DNA of 63,683 nucleotides, filler included, from Octopus bimaculoides (taxonomy: Eukaryota): NCBI RefSeq assembly GCF_001194135.2. It is 6 parts of 6 records of this genome, joined end to end, with 100 filler letters (N's around TTAATTAATTAA, not from the genome) between each part and the next. Parts side by side here need not be neighbours in the genome. Positions count along the whole stretch, not along the records: positions 19,044 to 37,836 come from NC_068986.1; 5 more parts are not named here. One strand, given 5' to 3'. The translations under genes and the position numbers were made by a program. The notes beneath the pieces are model-generated. The model saw only the letters and a program-made list of their open reading frames with translations, did no database searches and was not told the origin of the DNA. Positions 24,241 to 37,007 of the stretch are shown here, in pieces (positions within the stretch are counted from its first letter, which is position 1; each line of letters opens with the position of its first letter).

Positions 24241-25306
24241 CCATGAAGTCTCGCTTTTCTGACAGCTGTTGTAGTGAAGCAACTTTAAGTTTAATTCACT
24301 ACAACGATGGGCTTGTTGTGACAGCTTGTGTAGTGAAATAACTGTAGGTGTGAGGTTGATTTAGATTTAATGTTTTGACAGCTGATGCTGTGCTACTGGC
24401 AAAATCATAGCAATTATGTCATTCGTTTGCGCAATTTTTGTAATGGCTTATTTAGACGAAGTAGATCTGGTCCTGTTAGTTATTTCTTTTTCAAAGACCT
24501 CAATATTAGTTGTGGAAGTTACACAAGTGTAGGAGCTCACAGTTTAAGGCTCCGGAGTGCCACTCAGGGATTTTGAAGCCTTGTTCTTCTACATATGTTA
24601 TAATTGCTAATTTATTAGATTGATATTTTGGCTTTAATTCCTGCCCTGAGTAATACTGAAGCTATACCCCGTGCTTCAGGTCACGTTAACCATCACTCGC
24701 AAAAACAATTATTCTGCTGTATTACTATTGCTCATCAAAATCACCTTTTAGTTGGCTTTGAAACAGCTCTGATGAAATTTAAATAATGACTGTGCTATTA
24801 ATTCATTCGGTATACTGGCTAACAGAAAATGAAAAGCGCAGATTTAAAAACTAACTGTTTCAATGTTATCAACAATAGTTGATAACATTGAAACAGATAG
24901 TGAGCCATACAGCTTTCCCCCTGTGTTCTGCCAGTCCCTCCATTTGTGAATTTTTTTTTACATTAGTACTTAGTATAAATATAGTTGTCATATATGTTGT
25001 TCCTACCCACGCCATCTCTAGTCAGTAACTCTGGGATTATAAAGGTTTAAACTACCACCACCTATTAGTAGTTTAAAATAGTTATCCTGGATTACTGGGT
25101 TCTGTGTTGCCACTCATATTTTAAGTTATTTAGGTTTGAATTCAAATAAATGTGTAGAAATTGAACAAGATGAGTTTTCCCCTAGCTTAGCTTGAGGATA
25201 TTTTAAGACTTCTTGCCGTCACCACCCAGTCTTTTCAGTTATACTTAAACTTCTACTACATTTTCCGATTGTTCTTGTGTAATGTCGGGTTTTATATGAT
25301 TTACAG

Positions 25307-27289
25307 GAGATCTGGCCGCTTTGTGTTGCAAGTCGAGTAAATTTTATATGCTCCCTCATCATATTATTTGCGTGGCTCGTAACTAATCTTTCAACGATTG
25401 ATTGCTAGCTTATACATTTTCGCTATCGCATTCATGTTCATTTTTATGTATAGCCATAAATAAACCTATCAAGTATTTAATTGGAAGAGTACTCAATACT
25501 TCTCAGCAGATTGATATATATTATTTTGAGAAGGAAAAATTGGTAGTTCTTTCGATGCTTCGATTATGTAACCTCAATTGGGTTCTCCAATTAAGATTAC
25601 ATAATCAAAGTGACTACCGATATTTACTTTGGAAATATAAAATAAATACATAAACACGTTAGTACGTGCATATATACTACTTTATTTAAAACATTTTTCG
25701 TCTTAACGAAAATCAATACGATATAATTGTTGTTAGTATAATAGATCTTGTCTTCGATTTCGTGTCATAGTTAAGAGATTGTTAGATTAAAATGTTAGAT
25801 TTTAGCAGAATAATATTACAAATGTTGAGTAAATAACATAATATGACTTGACCGTGAATCAGTCAAGTGTCTAATGTCTACTATATGCAATGGATGTCTT
25901 CTATTTTGGTACATATTTAAAATATAAACAAGGCGGCGAGCTAGAAGAAATGTTAGCACTCCGATCAAAATGCTTAGCGGCGTTTCATCTGTATGTTATA
26001 AATTCAAATTCCGCCAAGGTCGACAACCTTTTTCATCCTTACGGTCTCGATAAAATAATACCAGCTGAGTACTATGGTCGATGTAATAGACTTCTCTCCT
26101 TCTCCAAAATTGCTGGCCTTGTGCTAAAATTTTGAAACCAATATAAATCAATACGTATTTACAGCGTAGTGGAGTTTTCTTTGATATTGTAGTAACCGTG
26201 TGCAGAACAGCGTGGTTTATTGCTGTACTGTAATGTAAGGTAGTGTAGGCACAGTCGCAGCTGTGTTTTAAGAAGTTTGTCTTCAAACCACATGGTTCCA
26301 AGCCCAGTCTCTCTGCGTAGCAACTTGGAGAAACGACTTTCACTATAACCCCGAACCGACATGTACTTTGTGAGTTGTATGTATGTACGTATGTATGCAT
26401 CTGTGTATGCATGTTTGAATGTGTGTGTGTGTGTGTGTGTGCGCGCGGGTGTGTGTGTGCATTTGTGTTTAACTCCTATCACTTCTTAACTACCAGTTTG
26501 GTTTGTTTATATCCCGTATATTAAGGGGTCGGGGTGGAGGCCCAATAGCCCAGTGGTCAGGGTAGCTGACTCGCAGTCATAGGATCGGGGTTTCGATTCC
26601 CAGACCGGGCGTTGTGAGTATTTATTGATCGAAAAACACCTAAAGCTCCACGGGCTTTGGCAGAGGATGGTGGCGAACCCTGCTGTACTCTTTCACCACA
26701 GCTTTCTCTCACTCTTACTTCCTGTTTCTGTTGTGCCTGTAATTCAAAGGGTCAGCCTTGTCACACTGTGTCATGCTGAATATTCCCGAGAACTACTTTT
26801 AGAGTACACGTGTGTGTGGAGTGCTCAGCCACTTGCACGTTAATTTCACGAGCAGGCTCTTCCGTTGATCGGAACAACTGGAACCCTCGTCGTCGTAAGC
26901 GACGGAGTGCCAGCAACAACATAGCGGTTCGGGAATAAGGCTCCGATAGAATAAATACCAGAATTTAAAAAATACTACTAAGGGTTCAGTTCTTTTACTA
27001 AATCATTCAACACGGAGCCACACTATGGCCGCGGTCCAGTCCGGTCCAATGACTGAAACAATTAAAAGATATGTGGCTATTCAGATAATTTGACAAATAC
27101 AATTAATATAACATAATGCAATTTCTGATTTTTTTTTTTTTCTGCAGCACAAAAATCATATTTCAAAGTATTTCAATATTGCCATATTAATTAATCGATT
27201 TGTTTCATAGGAATTTAGTCGTTCCGCCTGGCACATCATTTCAGAAAGAAAACCGTACCGAGTCTGATTGTTGCTGTTGTGTGAACTAA
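25307..27289 (+). CDS. Two candidate exons (25307-25336 and 27211-27289) giving a Cys-ended C-terminus
   Basis: Splice signals TTTACAG|..|GTAAAT and TTTGTTTCATAG| join in phase to RSGRFVLQVENLVVPPGTSFQKENRTESDCCCCVN*. A T-rich tract and AATAAA (27531) follow. No homology recognised. Confidence 0.22.
25931..26135 (+). mobile_element. SINE family B
   Basis: aaggcggcgagctagaagaaatgttagc...ttcaaattccgccaaggtcgac. Confidence 0.88.
26246..27070 (+). mobile_element. SINE family A interrupted by a younger SINE
   Basis: The 5' part ends ...tttatatcccgta and the 3' part resumes atagcggttcgg after 26920, matching uninterrupted copies. Confidence 0.75.
26534..26920 (+). mobile_element. tRNA-derived SINE family D
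   Basis: Head tagcccagtggtcagg (A box) and gtttcgattccc (B box), a unique body, and an (AAC)n tail. Confidence 0.85.
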
Positions 27290-27444
27290 CGCACTGTCTG
27301 ATGACGTGATCGTTATGGATGCATTGCCTGCTAGTAGAGCGTCTAAAGTCACAATCATTGCAGCTGCTTTGATTGCTGATGGTGCTGCTCTTGCTGTCAT
27401 CACCACCGATTTTTAGTAGCATTAGTTGTAATTGTTGTCGTTGC

Positions 27445-27481
<37 letters not shown>

Positions 27482-27812
27482 CATGTTACTGATGCTGTTG
27501 TTTTTTTTAAAGTTGCCCTTGTTGTTGTTGAATAAATTTGTTTGGTTTTGTTGTTATTATTTTTTTTTTTGCCTCTAATGTCATCTATTTTGGCAGACAG
27601 CTTGTTAAGAAATCTGATCTAAGCACTTGAGTTAATTTTCTGCTAATTACGCTATCACGTAGCTATCACCTTGATCACACTTGAAATAGCGCCATCCCAT
27701 TCACCTCACACCACTTCCACAAAACTTGCAATACACTATGGCTTCTCAGACACGAACACATGCTGTTACTGAGCATCACATTTACTGCCCTCCTCCCCTT
27801 CATCCTCCTGCC

Positions 27813-27815
<3 letters not shown>

Positions 27816-27843
<28 letters not shown>

Positions 27844-27950
27844 CTTCTTCTTCTTCTTCTTCTTCTTCTTCTTCTTCTTCTTCTTCTTCTTCTTCTTCTT
27901 CTTCTTCTTTTTCTTCTTCTTCTTCTTCTTCTTCTTCTTCTTCTTCTTCT
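27816..27950. repeat. (CTT)n microsatellite
   Basis: Read directly from the sequence. Confidence 0.97.
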
Positions 27951-28609
27951 TTTACTCCCACTCTGTTTAGCTATCTATCTTCATTCATCTCACACCTTGT
28001 TTGTGCCCCTCATATATATATATATATACATATACACACGCGAACACACACANNNNNNNNNNATATATATACATATACACACGCGAACACACACACACAC
28101 ACACACATGCACACACACACACACATATATATATATATGAATGTATATATACATGTAAGCGTGTTCGTACGTGCGTTTGTATGCATGTGACTGTATGAGC
28201 ATAAGACATTGAAACGCCGCAACAATGCAAGTTGGAAATAAAAGGGTAAGAATAAAAAAGAAAAACAAAAACAATGTAATAAAAAAAATGACACTTACAC
28301 TTTTACCTTATATTACTATATACCAATCATATAAAATCATTATAGGAAGAGTGTGTGTAATTTTGACCTGTGAAAATGTGTAGGATTACTTTATACTAAT
28401 CAATACATGTAAGAACAATGAACTAAAATCCGAAATGCTGAACGCGATAATACAAATTTCAGTAGAATCATTTGTTCAAATGAAGAAGTATATCAGGTGT
28501 TTACCACAAACTACAGAGAAAATTGTTAAAGACAGTATGGTGGAACATCAGGGAGTTGAAGCCAAGAAGAAGCGAACAGAAACAATAAAAAAAAAAACAG
28601 CACAAAAGA

Positions 28610-28779
28610 AATGAGGTGATGTTGTAGTTAAGAAGCCCGCTTTCCAACCATGTAGTCTTGGCCTCATTCTCATAACTTGGCAACTGGGTCACGTGTCTGC
28701 TACCATAGCGTTTGACCGACCAAAACATTTTCAGTGGATTTGCTAGTGTATTTGATAGGTTTTGAAAGAAGCTCGTCGT

Positions 28780-28812
<33 letters not shown>

Positions 28813-29172
28813 CACATACACACACACACACACGCAATCGCACACGCACACGCATACACACACAGAGACACACACACACACAAGCACATATATACAGATG
28901 TGTGTACGCCCCACCGTATGTGTCTCTTATGTGTGTGCTTGTATGAGTGTCTTTGTGTTTGTGTAATGTTCGTCTCTCACCGCCGCTTGACAACCACCGT
29001 TGGTTTGTTTACGTTCCCATAACGCAAGTGTGCAACAAGAGACTAGCGGAATAAGCACCAGGCTGAAAACATATATATACTGGGGTTGATTTGTTCGATA
29101 AAACCCTTCAAGATGGTGCTCCAGCATGGCTGCAACTCAATGAGTGAAACAAATGAAAAAAGAATAAAAGAT
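28610..29172 (+). mobile_element. SINE family A, decayed, with a long internal CA/TG microsatellite
   Basis: Ends ggtgctccagcatggctgcaac...gaataaaagata as in other copies. Confidence 0.8.
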
Positions 29173-29761
29173 AATTAATAATATAGGCGAATATGGATCG
29201 ATTTGCACAAGTTACACTATAACAAACGGATTCACACAAGAATTATTGAATATAGTTGGGTAGAACAAGAAAATTCTGCCCATAGTAACAAACTGTCCTA
29301 ATATTGAGAGACTGACTAATCTGATCTATTTAGTAGCGTTGGTACTAAAAATAATTATCAGATAACAGAACTGGGGAACCATGGCAAGTTGGTTCTGGTT
29401 TACACAATTTAATGAATGACCGTTCACATCGAAGTGGATGCATCTCAGTGCCGTCAGATTCTTCAGTAGTGGACCAAACCCTCAAACATACAGAGGAGAT
29501 TAGAGTTGGTATCTTGACACTCAGTGTCGATAGAGGGTCATTTGTGGCCAAACCGATCAGATGCTGTATAATTATAGGAAAACATTCCTAAAACTGGATA
29601 TGCGCTGTACAGCATCCAGATATCGATACTTGCTCTGTCTAACTTCTTAGAGCAATATAAATTGGAGAGATCTCCAGTAAAACTGCATTTAACGTTCATT
29701 CAAATGTGTGTATGACATAATTATTGAATTTCCGAATAACAAATACTATTATTATTGTTGT

Positions 29762-29985
29762 TAAGGCAGCGAGTTGGTAGAATCGTTAGCACACCGGGTG
29801 AAATGCTTAGCGGTATTTCGCCTGTTGCTACGTTCTGAGATCAAATTCCGCCGAGGTCGACCTCGCCTTTCATCGTTTCGGGGTCGATAAATAAAGTACC
29901 ACTTAAGTACTGGGGTCGATGTAATTGAATATCCCGGTCCACTCAAATTGCAGGCCTTGTGTCTTCAGTAGAAAAGATTATTATT
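29762..29985 (+). mobile_element. SINE family B, well preserved
   Basis: taaggcagcgagttggtagaatcgttagc...caaattccgccgaggtcgacctcgcctttcatcgtttcggggtcgataaa. Confidence 0.92.
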
Positions 29986-31579
29986 ATTATTGTTGTTGTT
30001 GTTTAACTTAGCTCTGACTCGAGCTGTTGCACACTCAAAGTCATTCTAGCTCTAGCTATTTCATCTTCTTCCTCTTTGCAGGGAAAAAAATAGTTACATA
30101 GCTATCACCTTGATCACACTTGAAATAGCGCCATCCCATTCACCTCACACCACTTACACAGAACTTGCAATATTCTATGGCTTTTTCTAATACAGTAGGA
30201 TATGGTTTGAGGAATATTTGGCTACTAGTTTTAGCAGATGAAAAGACAGCGGAAAATCCTCCTCGTTAGCATAATGTTTGATAGAAGTTCAACTTCGAGA
30301 AGTCAGAATAGAAAAGACGATTCATTGTCTAGTTTATTTTCTAATTTTATTACAAATCTAAACACGATTGCATCTAAAATACTATTTAGATGTCTGAATA
30401 GATAAACTTATGTAGAGATATGGATTTCAATGATAATGATCAGATTAGAAATGCATTCATCAACTGTTAATTTGCTATAACAATACAAGATAAATGGCAA
30501 AAGATAAAGAGATACGGTGTGTACATATTCTATGGGTATTTGCTAATAAGACATGCAGGAGATATACTTAGTTGAGGTTGTGTTTCTTTATTAATAAGTT
30601 TGCAAATTAGCAAGCTGTTTCATAGTAGTAAGATAACGAAATATTTATATATGTTAAATTGGAAAATAATACTAGAAATGATTCAAGACTTTTGTTATTT
30701 AAATTTTCTTCACTGCTATCTCGTAAAATCTCGTCTTCCATATTTGTGCTGAAATATATCGATATCGTATCCTGAATGCAAAAGAGCTAAGAATTAAGTA
30801 AAATGCATTTAATGCATCTGAAGAAGTGACTATCCTTCTCCCACCACCGTTGTTATTACATTATTATTGTTAGATACCGATTTTTAAAAACGTTTCTTTT
30901 AACTGATTTTTTTTTTTATCAGTCAGTCGTAAAACTTACTATAATTTGTGCCTTGTATCCCCGTGCTGTCATCAAACAGCGTATGTATGTATGTAGACAT
31001 GCATGTATGTATGCATGCAGCAGGTAGGTAGGAAAATAGGTAAGCCAACAGATAGTAGGTAGGCATATATCTTCCTTGTATATGTGTGTGTGTTTTTGTG
31101 TGTGTTTGTGTGTGTGTCTGTGTGTCTGTGTGTATGACTCTAAACTGTATCCGGTAGTGGAGAACTGGTACGACGGTTCAGAATTTCGCGATTATTTTTG
31201 TTACCACGTCTATTCTAATGGTAGCACCTATCATATTCCCCGCCATGTGTTACCTAGTGTATTGAGAAGTGGGCGCAAAGCACCCCTAGTTCTAATTAGA
31301 ACTTCCTTGTAGGAGAAGGTAAACTGATTCAACAACTTAAAGCGTAGTTGGTTTCTTGACAGCTTAAACTTTGTTGTGCCACTTGTTTTAAAGCTAATTC
31401 CATTGAACAGCGGCTTCATTGCTGAGCAACGATTTAACCACCCAAACCAAAATCGCGCACAGAAAACTCAAAAGCTCTTTATTCTAAGATGTGCTCTTAC
31501 ATTATAGCTAGATGAATTCCCTATGTAAATCTATATATGTGTGTGTGTGTACACCCCACCCATATATATATATACATAC

Positions 31580-31611
<32 letters not shown>

Positions 31612-33052
31612 NNNNNNNNNNNNNNNNNNNNNNNNNNNNNNNNNNNNNNNNNNNNNNNNNNNNNNNNNNNNNNNNNNNNNNNNNNNNNNNNNNNNNNNNN
31701 NNNNNNNNNNNNNNNNNNNNNNNNNNNNNNNNNNNNNNNNNNNNNNNNNNNNNNNNNNNNNNNNNNNNNNNNNNNNNNNNNNNNNNNNNNNNNNNNNNNN
31801 NNNNNNNNNNNNNNNNNNNNNNNNNNNNNNNNNNNNNNNNNNNNNNNNNNNNNNNNNNNNNNNNNNNNNNNNNNNNNNNNNNNNNNNNNNNNNNNNNNNN
31901 NNNNNNNNNNNNNNNNNNNNNNNNNNNNNNNNNNNNNNNNNNNNNNNNNNNNNNNNNNNNNNNNNNNNNNNNNNNNNNNNNNNNNNNNNNNNNNNNNNNN
32001 NNNNNNNNNNNNNNNNNNNNNNNNNNNNNNNNNNNNNNNNNNNNNNNNNNNNNNNNNNNNNNNNNNNNNNNNNNNNNNNNNNNNNNNNNNNNNNNNNNNN
32101 NNNNNNNNNNNNNNNNNNNNNNNNNNNNNNNNNNNNNNNNNNNNNNNNNNNNNNNNNNNNNNNNNNNNNNNNNNNNNNNNNNNNNNNNNNNNNNNNNNNN
32201 NNNNNNNNNNNNNNNNNNNNNNNNNNNNNNNNNNNNNNNNNTGTGTGTGTGTGTGTATGTGTGTGTGTGTGTGTGTGCGTGCTTATATGTATGGTATGTA
32301 TGTGTGTGTGTGCGCGTGTGTGTCGGTCTGTATGTGTGCATGTGAGTGTGTTTAAGAAATGTTTTTGTATCTGTGCTTGTCCCCACCTCCGCTTAACAAC
32401 CGGCATTAAAATGTTTATGTCACCGTAGCATAGCGGTTCGACAAAACAGAAGGAAATATATATATATATACATTCACAAGCATATGTATATACATACACA
32501 TGAATATAGATCTGCAAAGATCGCTACGCTACCACAAGTTTTTCAGTGCAGTCGCACTTTGCGCAAGTGTCTTCCGCAATAAACCCGGGCCGTCAATGTC
32601 TTTGTGACAGAATTTGGTAGGCAGAAACTGTTTGGAAAGCTGTCGTATGTATCTAAAGAGGGAGGAAGCCGGATAAACATATGTAGGCTTAAAGCATGTA
32701 TCTACATGGGGTAAAAAGAGAGTACATTACAGAAAAACAATTATGTGAAGTCTTATCTCAAGAACTAGATTTTAGCAGCAGGCTAAAGCGATCTAAACAA
32801 CACATCCAATTTAATGTGTTTGTGCTAATTCTTATTTGTTACAAACACTGTTAATAATGCTAATAGGTAATTCATTCGTAGCCCCGCAGGCATTTTGCGA
32901 TATCACCAGTTGCTTGGCCATTATTATACTTTATCAGTTCGACTGATTTTCGAACTAGAATTCGTTATGAAGCAGGCCGCCTCTGATGATTCACAACACC
33001 GGTGAAATCACGTAAGATAGTAATGCCAATATTTATAATAATCGTATTTCGG

Positions 33053-33092
33053 CCAGAGTTCTTTCGTCACACTTCTGTGACCTCATCAGTGG
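33053..33092 (-). ncRNA. Minimal hammerhead ribozyme, antisense and just upstream of the Penelope ORF
   Basis: Minus strand reads CCA-CUGAUGA-G-GUCAC-agaagu-GUGAC-GAAA-gaac-UC-UGG. Confidence 0.7.
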
Positions 33093-33145
33093 TCCTTTGA
33101 CTGATCATTAGTAAGGAAAGACACACACAAACAAAGAAGAAAGCT

Positions 33146-34012
33146 ATGGGTTTCAAATATGTTGTTCACAAGAACTCAAATTTGTCACACACCATGAAAA
33201 TTAGCATACTGATGGCAGACTTATTTAGGATAATGAACAACGTGTCCCCGATATGCAAACCATATGAAAAGAAAAAAAAACATGTACAGAACGTTATGCA
33301 CCGCATGCAGTTCTCTGGATATGATCAGAAAGATACGGTTCGAGTATACAGGGGTGCTAGAAAGAAGTTAGATAGCATTATATGTAATGAAAACAGTGGT
33401 ACCTACCCTAGATATAGAAGTAAAGACTGGAATCGAATAAAAGAGCTTGTGACAAAGCAAACAGGGTGCACACGTGGTACTAAACCGACAAATATCAAAG
33501 AGTGATGTATGTGGAAGCCACCGCCCATGGAGAGCTAGCCCGTAGATTTAGGAAAGATCTGAAGGAGACCAAACTCAACAGTAAGATCGTTGAAAATCTA
33601 GGGAACTCTATCAGATCACAACTACGTAGGACATATCTCTTTGAGAATACCACATGCACCAATGATAACTGCATGGTATGTAGGTTAAACCTTGGCATTA
33701 ACTGTAAAACTAGAAATGTAGTCTACAGCATAAGGTGCATAGAAGTTGCTTGTAAAGACATGAACATGACATTCAAAGGGGAGACATCGAAGAGCATTGC
33801 GGAAAGACTGATTGAACATTTGCAACAATATGACGACTAAAAAGAGTCTTCCATACTCTACCAACATTCCAAGGACCAAGACAGAGGCATCCCGATTCAA
33901 CTTTACATCCGCATTTTATCCAAGCACCCAAAGGACCCAACACTCAGACAAATACAAGAGTACGTCCTCATAAATGAAACATCCACAGTACTAAATAGGA
34001 AATACAAGTAGT
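33146..34012 (+). pseudogene. Penelope-like element, RT thumb/linker plus GIY-YIG endonuclease, 5'-truncated
   Basis: KYVVHKNSNLS..KISIL..LFRIMNN, then CTNDNCMVC..NCKTRNVVYSIRC..FKGETSKSIAERLIEH..RQIQEYVLI. One frameshift (~33500) and a stop at 33840. Confidence 0.9.
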
Positions 34013-35049
34013 AGGTAATCATACCACCATACTCAAAGTTTATATTTATATACAGGTAGACTAGTTAGTGGGCTGTTATGTAGGTGTATGTATGTGTATA
34101 TGTGCGTGTGTGTATATGTATACGTTTACGTATATGTATGTGTATATGTATGTAGGTAAATAGATATGAATGTAAACAGATAGACATACAGACGGATAGG
34201 CACATAGGTAATATGAACAGATAATCACACATAAACACATACATACACAAATGAAGACTGAAAGACGTGACCATATACACCACATTTCCATACATACAGA
34301 CACAATACATAGTCACAAAAAACATAAAGAGACATACAGACATGCACACACAAGAAGACAGAGGTACACACAAACATAAAAACACACTAACACGAATACA
34401 CAAACATATGAACATGCAGAATATATACATACAAACGTACACACATACATATATAAATACGTGTGCACACGCACACACATACATGTATACTGACCTACAC
34501 GCATGCGCACAAAAAAACAAAAAACAACACAGCTCGGATAATGGACTGAATCAACGAGGCAACGAAAATTTTAGACAAATAAATAAGTAAATGAATGAAA
34601 ACTTTATCGGTGATTGTGTTAAATAATCAGGCACTAAAAGAGAATGACTCTCTCCAAATACAACAAAATATGCTTCAACACACGAACTCGCATGAAGAAT
34701 CTTGCAAACTAAATCCGAAAACGGAGTTGTATTATTTGCTAAAAAATTACTTCACGTGTGATATAGATCGGTATTGTGCTCTTTTGTCTTTTCATTTATA
34801 ACATCTCTAGCTTTCATCCCTTTGAATCCTGTATGTGGCATACTATGAACCAATTCAATTCGATGCACTACTACAATTGGCAACACTCAGTATTAGGCTT
34901 AAGCTTCCAGTTTGCAGCTCGAAGTGTTTCCAAACTTACTTAATATATCATTGTGTACATCCAAGTTATAATTAACTAGTTCAATTAATCTTTTCGAATT
35001 ATATACATGTTTAAAGATTCCTTTTACAAGATTAATAGTAGCATCTATC

Positions 35050-35720
35050 AATAAATCACTTCTCACTAACTTTCTATATCTTACAACGGCCCTGAAAGTA
35101 CGGTTTATCTAACTTAGTTATGCAGGTTTCTACCTTCTGTATAAGTCATAATATTTCTGCTATGATTCCTGATGGAAATCACTTGACTCATGTTGTTACA
35201 CAATGAACAGGACTTACCTCGCTTGCGGCTGTTTTTCAAGGTACAGTGTGCAGATACTCATATGTCAATCTTCTTGGAGTCAGAAATAGAGGTCCATAGT
35301 TCTATATTTTTATTCCGTCTAAAGTCTACAATGGGTGGCTGAGGGAACACCTGTTTGAAACATGGATATTTTTCCGCAACATGCTGGTAACTTTCACACA
35401 ACACTTTTGAAATGCCAGCGAAATTTCGGTGCCAGTTAAGCGCTAAAGGAATTCTGTTACATATTGTATAGTGCTTGCTAAAATTATGCGTGAAGTTTTG
35501 ACTTTCATTGTTAATCTTAGTTATGTCATTCGCTATTTCCTTTAATCGTGATTCACTGTAACCACGTTTGACATAATAATGTACAAAAACATTTGCATGT
35601 TCCCAGTAATCCTGTATGTCAATTTGATTAAATATTTTTTTCGTTTTCTTTCCTATTCTTTTTCTTTTCGCCAGTTGTAAAATTGAAACTTGAAGACTGA
35701 GATGACATTCCATCAACGTA
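35050..35720 (-). pseudogene. Penelope-like element fragment (linker region and zinc-binding motif)
   Basis: KRGYSESRL..RIPLALNWH..FKQVFPQPPIVDFRRNKNI followed by SCSLCNNM, typical of the PLE region between RT and GIY-YIG. Confidence 0.8.
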
Positions 35721-35893
35721 TGGACGCTGGGTAAATTTCTATAATTTTGAATTTTTATCACTTTTATTTTAAACTCGACAAAGTCAGTCTTGCTGTCGAA
35801 ACATCGTTCAAACGATAAAATATCTATTGCAATCGCATCGCGCTATTCGTCTTGTCTGCTTACCTTTGTGAAGAGTTAGGTCAATCTTTTTAG

Positions 35894-35956
<63 letters not shown>

Positions 35957-36169
35957 TTCAGACAAATATACATAACAAAAACACCAGGACTTACAAATAT
36001 ATATAACATACAGAAAATTGCACTACTGGGTACTGCACACATTCTACGCAAAACACTTTCAATACAGTAAACATAAGAGCACCACAGCAAACCACAGCAC
36101 ATACCCAAAGCGCACAGAGCTGAGCTCGGTAGTGAAGTGAAAGCACGTTATAAAATGAAAACTACTGAA
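35957..36169 (+). mobile_element. 3' end of an R4/Dong-like RLE non-LTR retrotransposon within (TAA)n
   Basis: Encodes SDKYITKTPGLTNIYNIQKIALLGTAHILRKTLSIQ*, the conserved xQKxxLLGTAxILRK end of R4-clade ORFs. (TAA)n lies on both sides. Confidence 0.8.
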
Positions 36170-36170
36170 C

Positions 36171-36257
<87 letters not shown>

Positions 36258-36277
36258 AAGAAGAAGAAGAAGAAGAA

Positions 36278-36830
36278 ATGCCCGGATGCAGTACCAGGCA
36301 GTGGTTCTCTTGGCTTCTAATCTTAATTGATTGGAAGTTTTATGATATACATTGTTTTGTTTTGGTATAAAATATGGGCTACAGCAAATATTCTGCTTAA
36401 TACCACAGATTTGCTTGTCAGTTGTTTGACCTTAACCAGTTGGTGGCTGACGATATGTGCATCTCTGATCATGAGCAGACGTAGTGGGGGAGCATCATAG
36501 CCATGTGTTGAGAGGAATTCTTTGGTGTTTGAATAATTCACCTTTGGAAACATGGGTGTTTTGCTCAACATCCTTAAACAAACCTTATACATGGACCTTT
36601 TGAGCAGGATGGGCTACACTACCTGAAGAAAATTCTAACTGGGTCCCACCTGCTAGGTCATGCGCTGTTTACCTTGATATGAGATCACCATGTCGCGCAC
36701 ATATGATTGTGATGCATGTGCCTGGTGTACCCTTATCAGACGGGTAGTCATGATGGGTATACTGGGCTTCGTATATTTACCCCAGTGTCAATTTGATGGT
36801 ATGCACTGCTCTCTCAGTCAATAATAATAA
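36278..36830 (+). repeat. ~550-bp interspersed repeat ending in (AAT)n, embedded in GAA/AAT microsatellites
   Basis: Unique GC-richer body between simple repeats. Recalled as a common octopus repeat; class unknown. Confidence 0.5.
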
Positions 36831-36964
36831 GGATAATAATTATTATAATAATAATAATGAGCAGAAAAAGAAGAAAAAGGGCAGGATGAAGAAGAAGAAG
36901 AAAAAGAAGAAGAAGAAGAAGAAGAAGAAGAAGAAGAAGAAGAAGAANNNNNNNNNNATAATAA

Positions 36965-37007
<43 letters not shown>

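Noticed and set aside
27156-27540. Poly-Q/poly-N ORF on the minus strand
   Set aside because: It depends on a (CAA)n microsatellite, has upstream stops in each frame and shows no recognisable domain.
29345-31419. Further minus-strand exon candidates (29563 acceptor; 31300-31249 EVLIRTRGALRPLLNTL)
   Set aside because: Splice signals are plausible, but no coherent or recognisable protein could be assembled, so support is insufficient.
31508-32517. Long ORFs in the track made of X, HT, CV, YI, poly-L/S/K/R (also 27726-28294, 36793-37173, 38529-39326, 52686-55511, 59665-60043)
   Set aside because: They are translations of N gaps and microsatellites.
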